Translations under genes and position numbers: made by a program
Part shown: in pieces, positions 53,334 through 64,000 of the stretch
Layout: each line of letters starts with the position of its first letter
Position numbering within the stretch: the first letter of the stretch is position 1
Notes under the pieces: generated by a model
Databases searched by the model: none
What the model was told of the DNA's origin: nothing
Seen by the model: the letters and a program-made list of their open reading frames with translations, nothing else
Assembly (NCBI RefSeq): GCF_001194135.2
Contig: NC_068994.1
Span: forward strand, 8,547,169-8,611,168
DNA: 64,000 nt
Source: Octopus bimaculoides
Taxonomy: Eukaryota
Reading direction: 5' to 3'

Positions 53334-53592
53334 TATAGATACAGGTACACAGTATATATATATATACATACAGACACGGAGATATGCATAACCCCACTCA
53401 CATATATACATTAAACAGCCGTCAGTTTGTCACCTTTTAAATTTACGCCAACGAACAGCTGAAAATTACTTAAGATCTGATGGATTTTATAGAAAAATGA
53501 ATTCTGTGTGATGAAGCAGAAATTTCCGCATATCCCGGATTTCCTATTTCGAAATCACAAGAAAATTAGGAAATATATTAGAAATATATTAA

Positions 53593-53688
53593 AACAAGAG
53601 CACTCAAAGAGCGAAAGCCTCCGCCAAGGCAACACTAACGTCCTCTCAACGATTAGCCGGATATGACTTAAAATGAGAATATCTAAAA
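53593..53688 (+). mobile_element. Dispersed repeat resembling the 5' end of Helentron-associated (HINE-like) elements
   Basis: aacaagagcactcaaagagcgaaagcctccgccaaggc...; a second copy lies in reverse orientation at 39362-39477. Confidence 0.45.
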
Positions 53689-53810
53689 CATACTGGAGAC
53701 TATTAAAACGACCCCGCCCGTCCTCTTTCCAGAACTTGCACTATAACACCCTCAAGGGTTTCAGACCTCACTTCTCTGATTTTTCTATTGATGTTCTACT
53801 TCATTTGCAC

Positions 53811-54160
53811 CAGGGTCTCCGGAAGGAAAAAATCTGGGCTATTCAAGTCTGGGGAACATGAAGGCCATTCGACATTGCCGCAGCGGTAGTTTATTCTCTC
53901 CCCAAAATAGTGCCGTAGGAACGGCACTGTGTGCCCTGCGGTATGAGCAGCTGCCTCATTTTGCTGGAACCCCGTGTGAGGTTTATTTTGGATGTCTTCT
54001 TTTGAACGGATTATTTACGCTTCGCCAAATCATATTACTATATAATCGTTGTGAAACTCTAATTTTCTACACCAAAACTATTGGCTTGGATCCCTACAGT
54101 GTTGATAGCCCAGTATTAGGGTTAAGTGGTTTTCTGGAAATACCCGCCAAATTCACACCC
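53811..54160 (-). pseudogene. Decayed Tc1/mariner-superfamily transposase catalytic fragment (FQQDGA...WPxxSPDL type)
   Basis: Minus strand 53973-53811: GFQQNEAAAHTAGHTVPFLRHYFGERINYRCGNVEWPSCSPDLNSPDFFL. Confidence 0.8.
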
Positions 54161-54171
54161 AATAGACTCTA

Positions 54172-54261
54172 GTTTCTGTCTGTCTCTGTTTCACTTGTTG
54201 ACTCTTGTCAAGGACCTCGAACCCACAAGAGTCAGCAAGTGAAACAGAGTTAGACAGAAAC
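54172..54261. repeat. Hairpin with about 37-bp stem and 16-nt loop
   Basis: gtttctgtctgtctctgtttcacttgttgactcttgt (54172-54208) pairs with acaagagtcagcaagtgaaacagagttagacagaaac (54225-54261). Confidence 0.85.
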
Positions 54262-54869
54262 AAGAAAAATACCTGTTATTTGAATACTATACAAATATGT
54301 CTTTAAAAATACTTTTCTTTTAATTTTACCAAAATTTAATTTTTCAAAAATTTATTATTCATATTTACTGTTGAAAAGATCTCAAGGATCGAAACCGGTT
54401 CTGTAATGTTCTTTATAAAAGTATTTTAGCATTTTCTACTTTGTCTTTTTTCCATATATATATATGTATATATGAACGAATAAGTCAGTTATTTTACTGC
54501 CGTTGTCAAGCTCTCAATTCTACTGTCAGTTAATATATTTTGAAATCTGATGATTACTACGAACGTATGAAAGCGCCAATTGAACTTTATGAAAGCGCTA
54601 ATTGAACTTTACGAAGACGAAAAAATATATTTTTTTAATGTGTAACATACTTCAACATTGTAAAAAAAATTGTTTTTGAATACAATAATAAATGACGTGA
54701 AAACCAGAACACGTAATTTTCTTCAACTGACGTATTATTCTATACACATTTAAACCAATTCAGAAATATATATATATATATATATATATATTTAGAGAGA
54801 AAGACAGATGAATGTTTACCTTCATATACACATATACTAACATACAAATAAATATATATGGATGATGTC

Positions 54870-54901
<32 letters not shown>

Positions 54902-55633
54902 ATACATATATACATATATCTATCTATCATCTATCGATCCTCTATCTCTCTCTATATATATATGATATATACATATAAAAACGTTTGTCCTTTAGAACGA
55001 ATGATTCAAAATCTTTTGTGCATAACACAATAGATATAAATTGAAATATATTACATTGACCCAAATTTGCGAAGTTGTCCGCGTTTTCAAATTTCCAACA
55101 GATAATTACGATATCAATACTGATATTTTAAAATTCAAAATGCCCAACATTTCCACGTATTTATGACTTTTCTGATATACCTGACAATAACACTAGATTA
55201 TGCTTACTTCCGTCAACTTCTAACCTTATATTAGACTTAACAAGTCTGTGTGTGAAATGATAATTAATATATTTCTGAATTGCCTGAACAAACTTCTGAT
55301 AGTACAGAAAACGTGCAAACGTACACATTCACATACACACAGAGACAAACACACATCACATACACACACGGAGATACAGAGACATACATACATCTACACA
55401 CAGCGTTCACAAACGTATGTATGTATGTATGTATGCATGCATACGCTGGTTAATAATTTCGGCTACAACCTCCTCATGTATTATATTTGCAATCTCTCGT
55501 CTCAGCAACCGTTACTCCTCTCTCTACCACCATTCATACACCCCCACACAGACGTTCGTAGGTACCTTTATCAATGTCTACTTGTCTCTGTTTTTCCCCG
55601 TCTCGAAGTATATATGCGTAAGAAACATAAGTG

Positions 55634-55861
55634 TTATTTCTTTACTACCCACAACAGGCTACACACAGAGGGGACAAACAAGGACAGACAAACGGATTAA
55701 GTCGGTTATATCTTCCCCAGCGCGTAACTGGTACTTATTTAATCGACCCCGAAAGGATGAAAGGCAAAGTCGACCTCGGCGGAATTTGAACTCAGAACGT
55801 AAAGACAGACGAAATACTGCTAAGCATTTCGCCCGGCGTGCTAACGTTTCTGCCAGCTCGC
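55634..55861 (-). mobile_element. SINE family B, tail type 2
   Basis: Reverse complement of the 45362-type copy. Older B fragments lie near 13900-14225, 36790-36915, 39110-39350, 44890-45110, 55900-56085 and 63187-63590. Confidence 0.85.
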
Positions 55862-56859
55862 AGTTTTACCAACGCTCTATCGATTCTGCCAACACGCTGA
55901 TGTACTAATGGGTTTCAAACTGTGGCACAAGGCCCGCAAGGTTCTCGATTACATCGACCTCAGAGCTCAGCTAGCATTTATTTCATCGACCCCAGCGCTC
56001 AGCTGGTACTTATTTCACGTATTCTGAAAGATGACCTCGGATGAGTTCCTGGATCCTAAAGACTGACGAAATTCCGCTATGCTTTTTACGCTGACCTACT
56101 TATTGATATCTTCAGATACATCCTCGCTCTCCCCACCTATATCTATTTTTTTATTTTCCCGACATTGCTTCGATGTTTAATGAATTTAATTTATTATACT
56201 GGTGCTCCATTTTCTCTTTTGTTAATCAAGTATTTATGTATCACATAAGAAAGAACCTATTGATGAAAAACAAAGAGGATTAACAAGATAAATAAAAGGC
56301 GAGAAAAAGAAAATGAACAATAAACAACGACAAGAAGACTAAGAAATGGGAGAAAAGAAGAGTAGAGAAGAAGAAAAGTCTGAGAATAGTTGTAGAAGAA
56401 GAAAAGATGAATGGAATAAAATTATTAAGAAATTGTGTTAGAAATTGGTTAATGTTGTTTATAAATTTCTGACAAATCGAATTTGTTCTTTATGAAAGAA
56501 TTCGATTTTTGATATGAATTGTTTTACGAGAGGTAACTTAACGGAACGGGGTGATTGGGCGCGGCTGTTTGCACGCTGATGATTCGGCACGAATGACTGG
56601 ATGTACAATCTGTTTTAGTGACGGTACGTCTTGGCGGTGACCGAACACACAAATAGAAGTTGAAGATATGCTTTATTTACAACCGTTTAACTGGTTTCAC
56701 ACGAGATTGCTGGGGGCTATCCAGTATTTCAGTACCTATACAGTGTTTAGTGCTTAATACGGATGGATTTTAAAGTAGTTATTTTCCGGAAACAAACTGC
56801 CACAGAACAATTCCGTTACAAACAGGATGTGTATTATAATGTATTTCCTTACATGAGTT

Positions 56860-57842
56860 TTATTGCAATTTATACCAAAATCATGTGAAACAGGATTCAG
56901 CATTGGTCTCCTCTCTCTTTATACGAACATCCGAAATACAAACAATATTATCAGAGAAAGAAGTGTTCCGTTTCTCTTACCAATCAACACTAAATCCAAT
57001 AGAGATAGAAAGGTATGTAGACTTATGGGAAACAATACAAGATCGTCATACTTGAAATAGGATATCTCATAGAAATTATTAACTTTTACGTATAAAAAAT
57101 GAGGTAACCTGCCTGAAATTAACAAAAGCCTTATCGCAAAACGACCACATGGAAAGATATAAACTCCACATGAAAGAGGCGGAGGCAGTCTTACAGAGAA
57201 TAAACCAGTTCTCAAACAGTGAATATACTACCGAACACATAACGCAAACACACGTAAAGAATTGAAGCATATCGTAAAGAAAACACTGAAAAGAAAACAC
57301 TGAAAAGCAAAAACAAAAAAAACAACATCCAAATGATATGAAAGGGCATCGTATTTCTAATGTAAATATTCAACTAACTAGAAAGCGTCTCTATTTCACC
57401 AAATGATAAAGAGAAAAAAACATTAGCACCAAAGCAGGCCGACCCCGTGTTACAATAGAGAACTTAACTGAAACAATGCAAAAATAGAAGGGAACATAAC
57501 GTTGCTAAAATAAAAATGATTCTGTGCTTTTAGTGTGTTTTTGGAAGTATGAATGTTTTATGACATATTAGTGTGTGGATGAACGATGGATTTTCAGTAT
57601 GAAATTGCGCGCATGTGTATTTGTATGTGCGAGTGTGTGAATGTGTGCATGTATGTACGCGCGCGTGTCTGTATCTACTTCTGTGAGTATGTGCGGACTA
57701 ATGGGTCTGGAATTCTTTAGGTTTATGTAATACTAATAGGTGGGAAAGCGTGGTGATATTCATCGGATTTCTGCAGTTCGTCAAGTTTTATGTATGTATG
57801 TACGTATGCATGTTTATATATAGGTATGCATGTGTATGTATG

Positions 57843-57878
<36 letters not shown>

Positions 57879-58240
57879 AACACATATATACATATATACA
57901 TATGCATGTTCTTGTGTGTGTATAATGCTTTTCTATCTATCTCNNNNNNNNNNGTCAAGTTTTATGTATGTATGTACGTATGCATGTTTATATATAGGTA
58001 TGCATGTGTATGTATGTAAATATATATATATATATATGTACACTTGTGTTTCTGTACGCGGGTATATGTGTTTGGCCAAGCTCATGTTACACCTGAGGAA
58101 GCAGTTCCATGAAAAGTTAATAAAGGTAACAGGACTTGGCAATAAAACCTGTTCGCAGCAACAAATAGCTGAATCTATTCAATAGAAGAGATACTACGAG
58201 AATTATCGATGTAGTATCAGATAAGGCTTCTAATGTAATC
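56860..58240 (+). pseudogene. Decayed C-terminal portion of an R4/Dong-type LINE ORF (zinc-finger/endonuclease end)
   Basis: ETGFSIGL...YTNIRNTNNII...KVCRLMG then (shifted frame) ETIQDRH; terminal ILRELSM* at about 58190-58213; interrupted by microsatellites. Confidence 0.5.
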
Positions 58241-58319
58241 AGAATTTTCTCAGTTAAGAGAAACTAAAGGAAAAAATAAAATAAAAGTAACATGGAGAGA
58301 AATATACAACATAGAATTC

Positions 58320-58557
58320 AGCAAGTCATTGGACAGCTGCCAAATTGAGGCGCAGCCTTGAAGGATTTAGTAAAAAATAAAAAATGAAAATAAAAAAAAA
58401 ACGATACACCGCAGTACTTATTCTTTGAAGCTGGTACTTAATCTAACGCATTCTTCTGCCGAAGCGCTAGTCCACAGGACGGAAACAAAACAATACCGGT
58501 TGCTAAGTGGTGGTTGCGAACAAACACAAAAGGCACATACTCGTAGATGCACATTCA

Positions 58558-58588
<31 letters not shown>

Positions 58589-58775
58589 CTGTGTGTGTGT
58601 GTACGTGTATACATATACAAACAACTACCTGACGCGTTTCTTTTCGTTGTTTCTGTCTAACAAAACCACTTAAAAGTCATTTTATCTATAGTAAGAGACA
58701 TTTGCTCTAGGTCCCTCGCAGTAGGACTGAACTCGGAATTATGTGGGTACCACATAGTCACACCTGCGTTCAGAA
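58320..58775 (-). mobile_element. Diverged SINE family A copy
   Basis: Degenerate 3' half (ctggtactta...gccgaagcgctag), TA tract and degenerate head (gcagtaggactgaactcggaattatgtggg). Other old fragments lie near 670-965, 2085-2200, 4420-4570, 22490-22640, 23765-23905, 24265-24445, 36270-36420, 46720-46880 and 48800-48885. Confidence 0.6.
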
Positions 58776-60305
58776 TGTTGAATTTATCTTAATTTATTTG
58801 TCTGAAGTTATGTCAAGATGGTGATTCCAAAGGAGAATGGCNNNNNNNNNNNNNNNNNNNNNNNNNNNNNNNNNNNNNNNNNNNNNNNNNNNNNNNNNNN
58901 NNNNNNNNNNNNNNNNNNNNNNNNNNNNNNNNNNNNNNNNNNNNNNNNNNNNNNNNNNNNNNNNNNNNNNNNNNNNNNNNNNNNNNNNNNNNNNNNNNNN
59001 NNNNNNNNNNNNNNNNNNNNNNNNNNNNNNNNNNNNNNNNNNNNNNNNNNNNNNNNNNNNNNNNNNNNNNNNNNNNNNNNNNNNNNNNNNNNNNNNNNNN
59101 NNNNNNNNNNNNNNNNNNNNNNNNNNNNNNNNNNNNNNNNNNNNNNNNNNNNNNNNNNNNNNNNNNNNNNNNNNNNNNNNNNNNNNNNNNNNNNNNNNNN
59201 NNNNNNNNNNNNNNNNNNNNNNNNNNNNNNNNNNNNNNNNNNNNNNNNNNNNNNNNNNNNNNNNNNNNNNNNNNNNNNNNNNNNNNNNNNNNNNNNNNNN
59301 NNNNNNNNNNNNNNNNNNNNNNNNNNNNNNNNNNNNNNNNNNNNNNNNNNNNNNNNNNNNNNNNNNNNNNNNNNNNNNNNNNNNNNNNNNNNNNNNNNNN
59401 NNNNNNNNNNNNNNNNNNNNNNNNNNNNNNNNNNNNNNNNNNNNNNNNNNNNNNNNNNNNNNNNNNNNNNNNNNNNNNNNNNNNNNNNNNNNNNNNNNNN
59501 NNNNNNNNNNNNNNNNNNNNNNNNNNNNTTAATTTATTTGTCTGAAGTTATGTCAAGATGGTGATTCCAAAGGAGAATGGCACGACGATTAATGGCAAGG
59601 AACTTTAAGAATTTTGTAATGAGTAGAAAAGTAATGAAACACATTCTTTATACTTTCTTAACTTTCAGATCCGCTTCAGCTAATTGCATTTAACTGCATA
59701 TAACTCAGCGTAACGTATAGTATAATATTTATCGCAAACGGTGAAATAGTGTCACTTTTCTTCCAAATCTTGTATTTCTTATAGTATTTTTCTTTCCCCA
59801 AAGTCTATTGAGTTTCTAAGGAAACCTTCCTTCTCTGGACATAAATTTTTGTCCGGAAGAATTGCACTTGTGTGCCCGAAAATACGGCGACATAATCTAG
59901 GATAGATTGTATTCCCTATGATATTTGACTACCAAAGGTACAGAGGTTTTAATTGTTAACTATAGACACCGAAAGCAAAGGACAGGAAGCAGAGGTAAAC
60001 TTTTGTCGGAGAATTTTGCGACTCATCTGTGGAAATTATAATATAGCAAATAGTTACAACTCTCTTGCTGGAAAGCACTGATGTAGGCCAGAAGGTTTCA
60101 GGTACTGCTTCCCTATTTCGTTTGTTATTCACAGCATCTTTACTAGAGTTGCTCTGCTAGCTAAGAGCAACCATCAGTTGCTATTAGTTGGTATGAATGT
60201 AGAGTAATGAAGCTTTGAAATTGATTAAGTGGACACACAAAAAACAAACACGCATATAAGTAAAAATATATATATTACACGGGGTATAATAATAATAATA
60301 ATAAT

Positions 60306-60355
<50 letters not shown>

Positions 60356-60514
60356 TTGTGTGTTGTGTAAACATACATTTATATATATATGTGTGCACAA
60401 TCTCAAAAGAGAACGCGTTGTATATAGTGTATCTATGTATGTATACACACGCGCGTATATGTTCATGTGCGTCTCTGTAATCTGGCCACTCTCTTTATTT
60501 CTATTTCTCTCCCT

Positions 60515-60552
<38 letters not shown>

Positions 60553-61871
60553 ATATACACACACACACGCACACACACCTAGACAGACATACTTGCATTA
60601 CTATGTATGTCTCTATGTATATAAGCACGCAGCTATGCGCTTGACCGTTTGCGTGTGTACGTATATGTATATTTCTGTGTGTATGGCAGAGATCAGTTTT
60701 TTTTCTATTCCGTATGTCATTTTGTGTGTATTAGGATCTTAATAAATAAGACCCAAACGAAGAACATACTAAATGAAACGATAAATCTTGAATTCCATTG
60801 AATATACACTTTGAATTCTTTTTCACATGAATGCCTACCCTTTTGCACGTCCATACACAAAACTCATCTAGAAAACTCACAGGTAAACGCACTCACAGAC
60901 AAACACGCACACACACATGCACACACAGATACACGTGCCTCACGTACACTCAGAGCTACAAAATACAGAATCGTCTTCAGCAAATGAGAATATAAGTTGA
61001 CAACGTAATCAACGCTTGTTTCCTTTTACAACCCTAAAACATCGAAAGGCTTCGCCTTTTTCCGAACGGGGTTCAAATATTTGTACTACGCCTCTTATAT
61101 TTCTGTGGTCGATCAATACATATAAAATTGGCAAAAATGAGTCAAGTACAACAGCTAATAAAGAAATATCAATCGAATAAAAAGGCCACTATTGTTTTCT
61201 AATTTTTTTTTTAATTCTCATATTTTTCTCTCTCTTTCTCTCATAAGCTTGGAATCAGTTACATTACCGACTAAGCCAAATGGAGGTGAGGTATTATTCG
61301 TACTGACTGTGTTACCAAAAAATGTAGATAACTCTTGTAAAGTTACTGTATTTGAGATAGATGCTCCTACCAAAAGTGAACATTTGGAGTTGAACAAAAT
61401 AAATAAAGAAATATAATGAAATAACAATAACTCGGGAAGCAGGAATCCGGATCAACCAATTCCACCACTGCTGCTGCGTGATCTTTGTCTGCTGGGGCAG
61501 CTGATGATGGAGGTATGTTATATTGTTGGTATGGCTGTTATCGTATGTGCAGAATAGTATTATAACACATCCATTTGATATATACCTATATATGTATATC
61601 TGTGTAATATACATTTACGCACACATATACATATATATACCTAAATACATGTATATATGTATGTCTGTATGCACATATATATTTGTGTGTGAATGTGAGT
61701 GTTAGTGTGTGTGTGTGTGTGTACATATATATATATGTATGCATGTGTGTCTGCATGTATACATGCGTTCATGTATATGTGTAAGAGTGACAATATCATC
61801 AGCATTTACCACGTAAATGCATCATTATCCAATTGACCTGGTTCTAAAGCTGTTTGTGATATGACTGTTAC

Positions 61872-62060
61872 ATTTTATTTTCTGTACAATATTATCCAAA
61901 GTATCTACTAAAAAAATATTAGGATGTGCTATCTTATATGATATCAGTCTTCTATATCCAGCAAGCCGTGCGATCATTTCAAGTTTTGAATTTGAACCAA
62001 ATGCTCTTTCGTGTTGTAAATGCTGCTGTTGCTTGGTCGTAAATGAATCTATATTATGTG
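61872..62060 (-). CDS. Candidate internal coding exon, product unknown
   Basis: Strong acceptor tcttttatttgtttttcattgtag, donor gtaaca, 189 nt, phase 1/1, the only open frame: (x)HNIDSFTTKQQQHLQHERAFGSNSKLEMIARLAGYRRLISYKIAHPNIFLVDTLDNIVQKIK. No family recognised. Confidence 0.3.
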
Positions 62061-62831
62061 CTACAATGAAAAACAAATAAAAGACTATCAAGTCGTGGCC
62101 AAACCATCTACGTTCTTTAGACAAGCCATAACTATGTCTTTGTTAGTCGATATATCGTCTAATTTTCTTCGGACAATATCGTACGAAGATTTAGAAAAAT
62201 TTGGCTGTTACTTCTAATAAATTAAATAGCTTCAAAGATGTTTCCTACTTGGTACGAGCATTTGTGGTTTAATATAAGTGATTTGTCATTGTCGTCAACT
62301 GCAAATTGAAAATGTTCCGCTTGATAAGTTTTTACCAGTTACTTCGTAGCCTTTGCCAAGCGTATGAGAGCGAATGTGTAGGCTTGATTAGTTACACGAT
62401 CATAATTAGAGCTATTCAGTTTGTTTTAATTTAAAGGATATTTCTTGCATCAAGGTTGATATGCTGGCACTTGGCAGAGATAGTGAGACCAGGAGATTGA
62501 GGGTCAAAAGAGGTTAATGAAAAACATGTTTCAATTAGCGTAATTAATGTGATATCCTATGGTAGCTTAACTAGAAACATAATTGAAAATATTTCAAAGA
62601 TATATATATACATGTGCGCAGTCATTGGCCTCTGGTTGGCGAGGTAGTACGAAATTCTATCATGCAGTAGGACACTCTTGGCATATCCACATCTTTCACA
62701 TTGATGTACTCTGTTGCGAATATATGTATGTATATATATATATACATACACCCCTCCCCCACAAATATATATGTGTGTGTGTGTGTATTTATATATATGC
62801 ATATACATAAATAAATATATACACATACAGA

Positions 62832-62878
<47 letters not shown>

Positions 62879-64000
62879 ACATACATTATATATATACAGT
62901 TATATATATATATATATATATACCAACATACATTATATATATACAGTTATATATATACACACACACAGACATACAGACACATACATATATACATACATAC
63001 ATATACATATGCATACATATATACATTCATCTTTATATACACAGAAATCTATACACATATACACAAGCACAGAAACACAAAAACACAAAATGCATTCCGC
63101 GCTCACACAAGCCCCAGAACACACACACACACAGACACACATACATACACGTAGACGCACACACACATATGTAATCTAGGAGGAGATCCTGGCGACCTGG
63201 TTAAATCGTAAGCATCTCGGACAAAATGCTTAGCGTTATTTTGTCCGTCTTTACGTTCCGAGTTCAGATATCGCCAAGCTCGACTTTGCCATTCGTCCTC
63301 TCGTTGTCGATAAAATCAATATCGATGCAATTGACTTGCAGTACCTACTCACAAAATTTCAGGCATTGTGCATGTATTAGAAAATTACTATCAATAAGAT
63401 ATATTACATGCATTGACAAAAGACTGGGAGCATATTTCTTCCGGATATTTAAATTTCGAAATCAACAGCGATCGATATACTTTGAGGTTTAATCTCACCA
63501 GGTTTGATAAATTAAAATAGCAGTCAAGTATTGAGGTATATATGAATGTCTAAATCTTGTTCCCGAAATTACTGCCTTCTGTTTCATTAAGAAATAATTA
63601 TTGATGTGTAATGAAATTGATTAGTTTCTCGTAATAGAAGCCTTTAAATGCTGATATTTCTGTAATCATCATCATTTCTTGCGACGAAAATATTTATGTA
63701 TATGTTGTAGTTTGTGTGCTTATCTGGGTATTTCTCTTTTGTCATGTGTGAGTACGAGATTTTATAATTGTTCTTACAATACATACATATATATATATAC
63801 ACATAATAATAATATATTTACATTTTGAGGTGTGTTAGCTAGTCAATAGAAAACAGATATGACTAAATATGTGAAGATGAACAAGATGACTACTACTGAT
63901 AAATATGCAAATATTCGAGTTGCTAATTGGAATATGCATCGTTAAACGCAATAGTTATTGGTTTTGATAATTGTTTATCTGAAAAGAAATCAGAAACGTC

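Larger units (their letters stand above)
9087..59528. other. Assembly gaps (N runs)
   Basis: 9087-9169, 19414-19748, 23061-23414, 32263-32800, 37318-37739, 37913-37922, 38136-38145, 48531-48799, 53156-53165, 57944-57953, 58842-59528. Confidence 0.98.

Noticed and set aside
56520-56720. GC-richer segment with an AATAAA-like signal on the minus strand, suggesting a solo LTR
   Set aside because: No TG...CA termini, TSD or second copy could be defined.
58790-59580. Identical about 52-bp sequence on both sides of the 58842-59528 gap (similar at 53136-53190, 57780-58030 and 37740-38290)
   Set aside because: Typical of unmerged contig overlaps in scaffolding; it cannot be called a real duplication without long reads.
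62612-62710. Minus-strand 99-nt frame [19 protein letters not shown] suggesting a C2H2 zinc finger
   Set aside because: Histidine spacing does not fit C2H2, and both splice signals are embedded in TA microsatellite.
623-63166. Numerous ORFs rich in YI, HT, CV, RE or X runs
   Set aside because: They are translations of dinucleotide microsatellites and N gaps, not genes.

Overview
AT-rich, microsatellite-dense eukaryotic genomic DNA from a draft assembly with 11 N-gaps (about 2.7 kb in total). The repeat families resemble those of octopus/cephalopod genomes (inference from my recollection of those SINE families, not from a search). No host protein-coding gene can be identified with confidence, and the supplied ORFs are almost all simple-repeat, N-run or transposon artefacts. 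The window is a transposon graveyard: five tRNA-derived SINE families (here A, B, C, E, G, several with exact target-site duplications, TSDs), decayed R4/Dong-type LINE pieces (all on the + strand), a CR1-type RT fragment, two Tc1/mariner transposase relics, MITEs and Penelope-like relics. The most interesting signal is a small repeat present three times (about 10.1, 35.6 and 46.5 kb), each time as a fold-back palindrome with a different inversion point. It carries a minimal type I hammerhead ribozyme (intact on both strands at 46.4-46.5 kb), and the 10.1-kb copy retains a tRNA T-arm-like sequence, suggesting a tRNA-headed non-autonomous element mobilised by Penelope-like machinery. A few unassigned exon-like segments are listed at low confidence.
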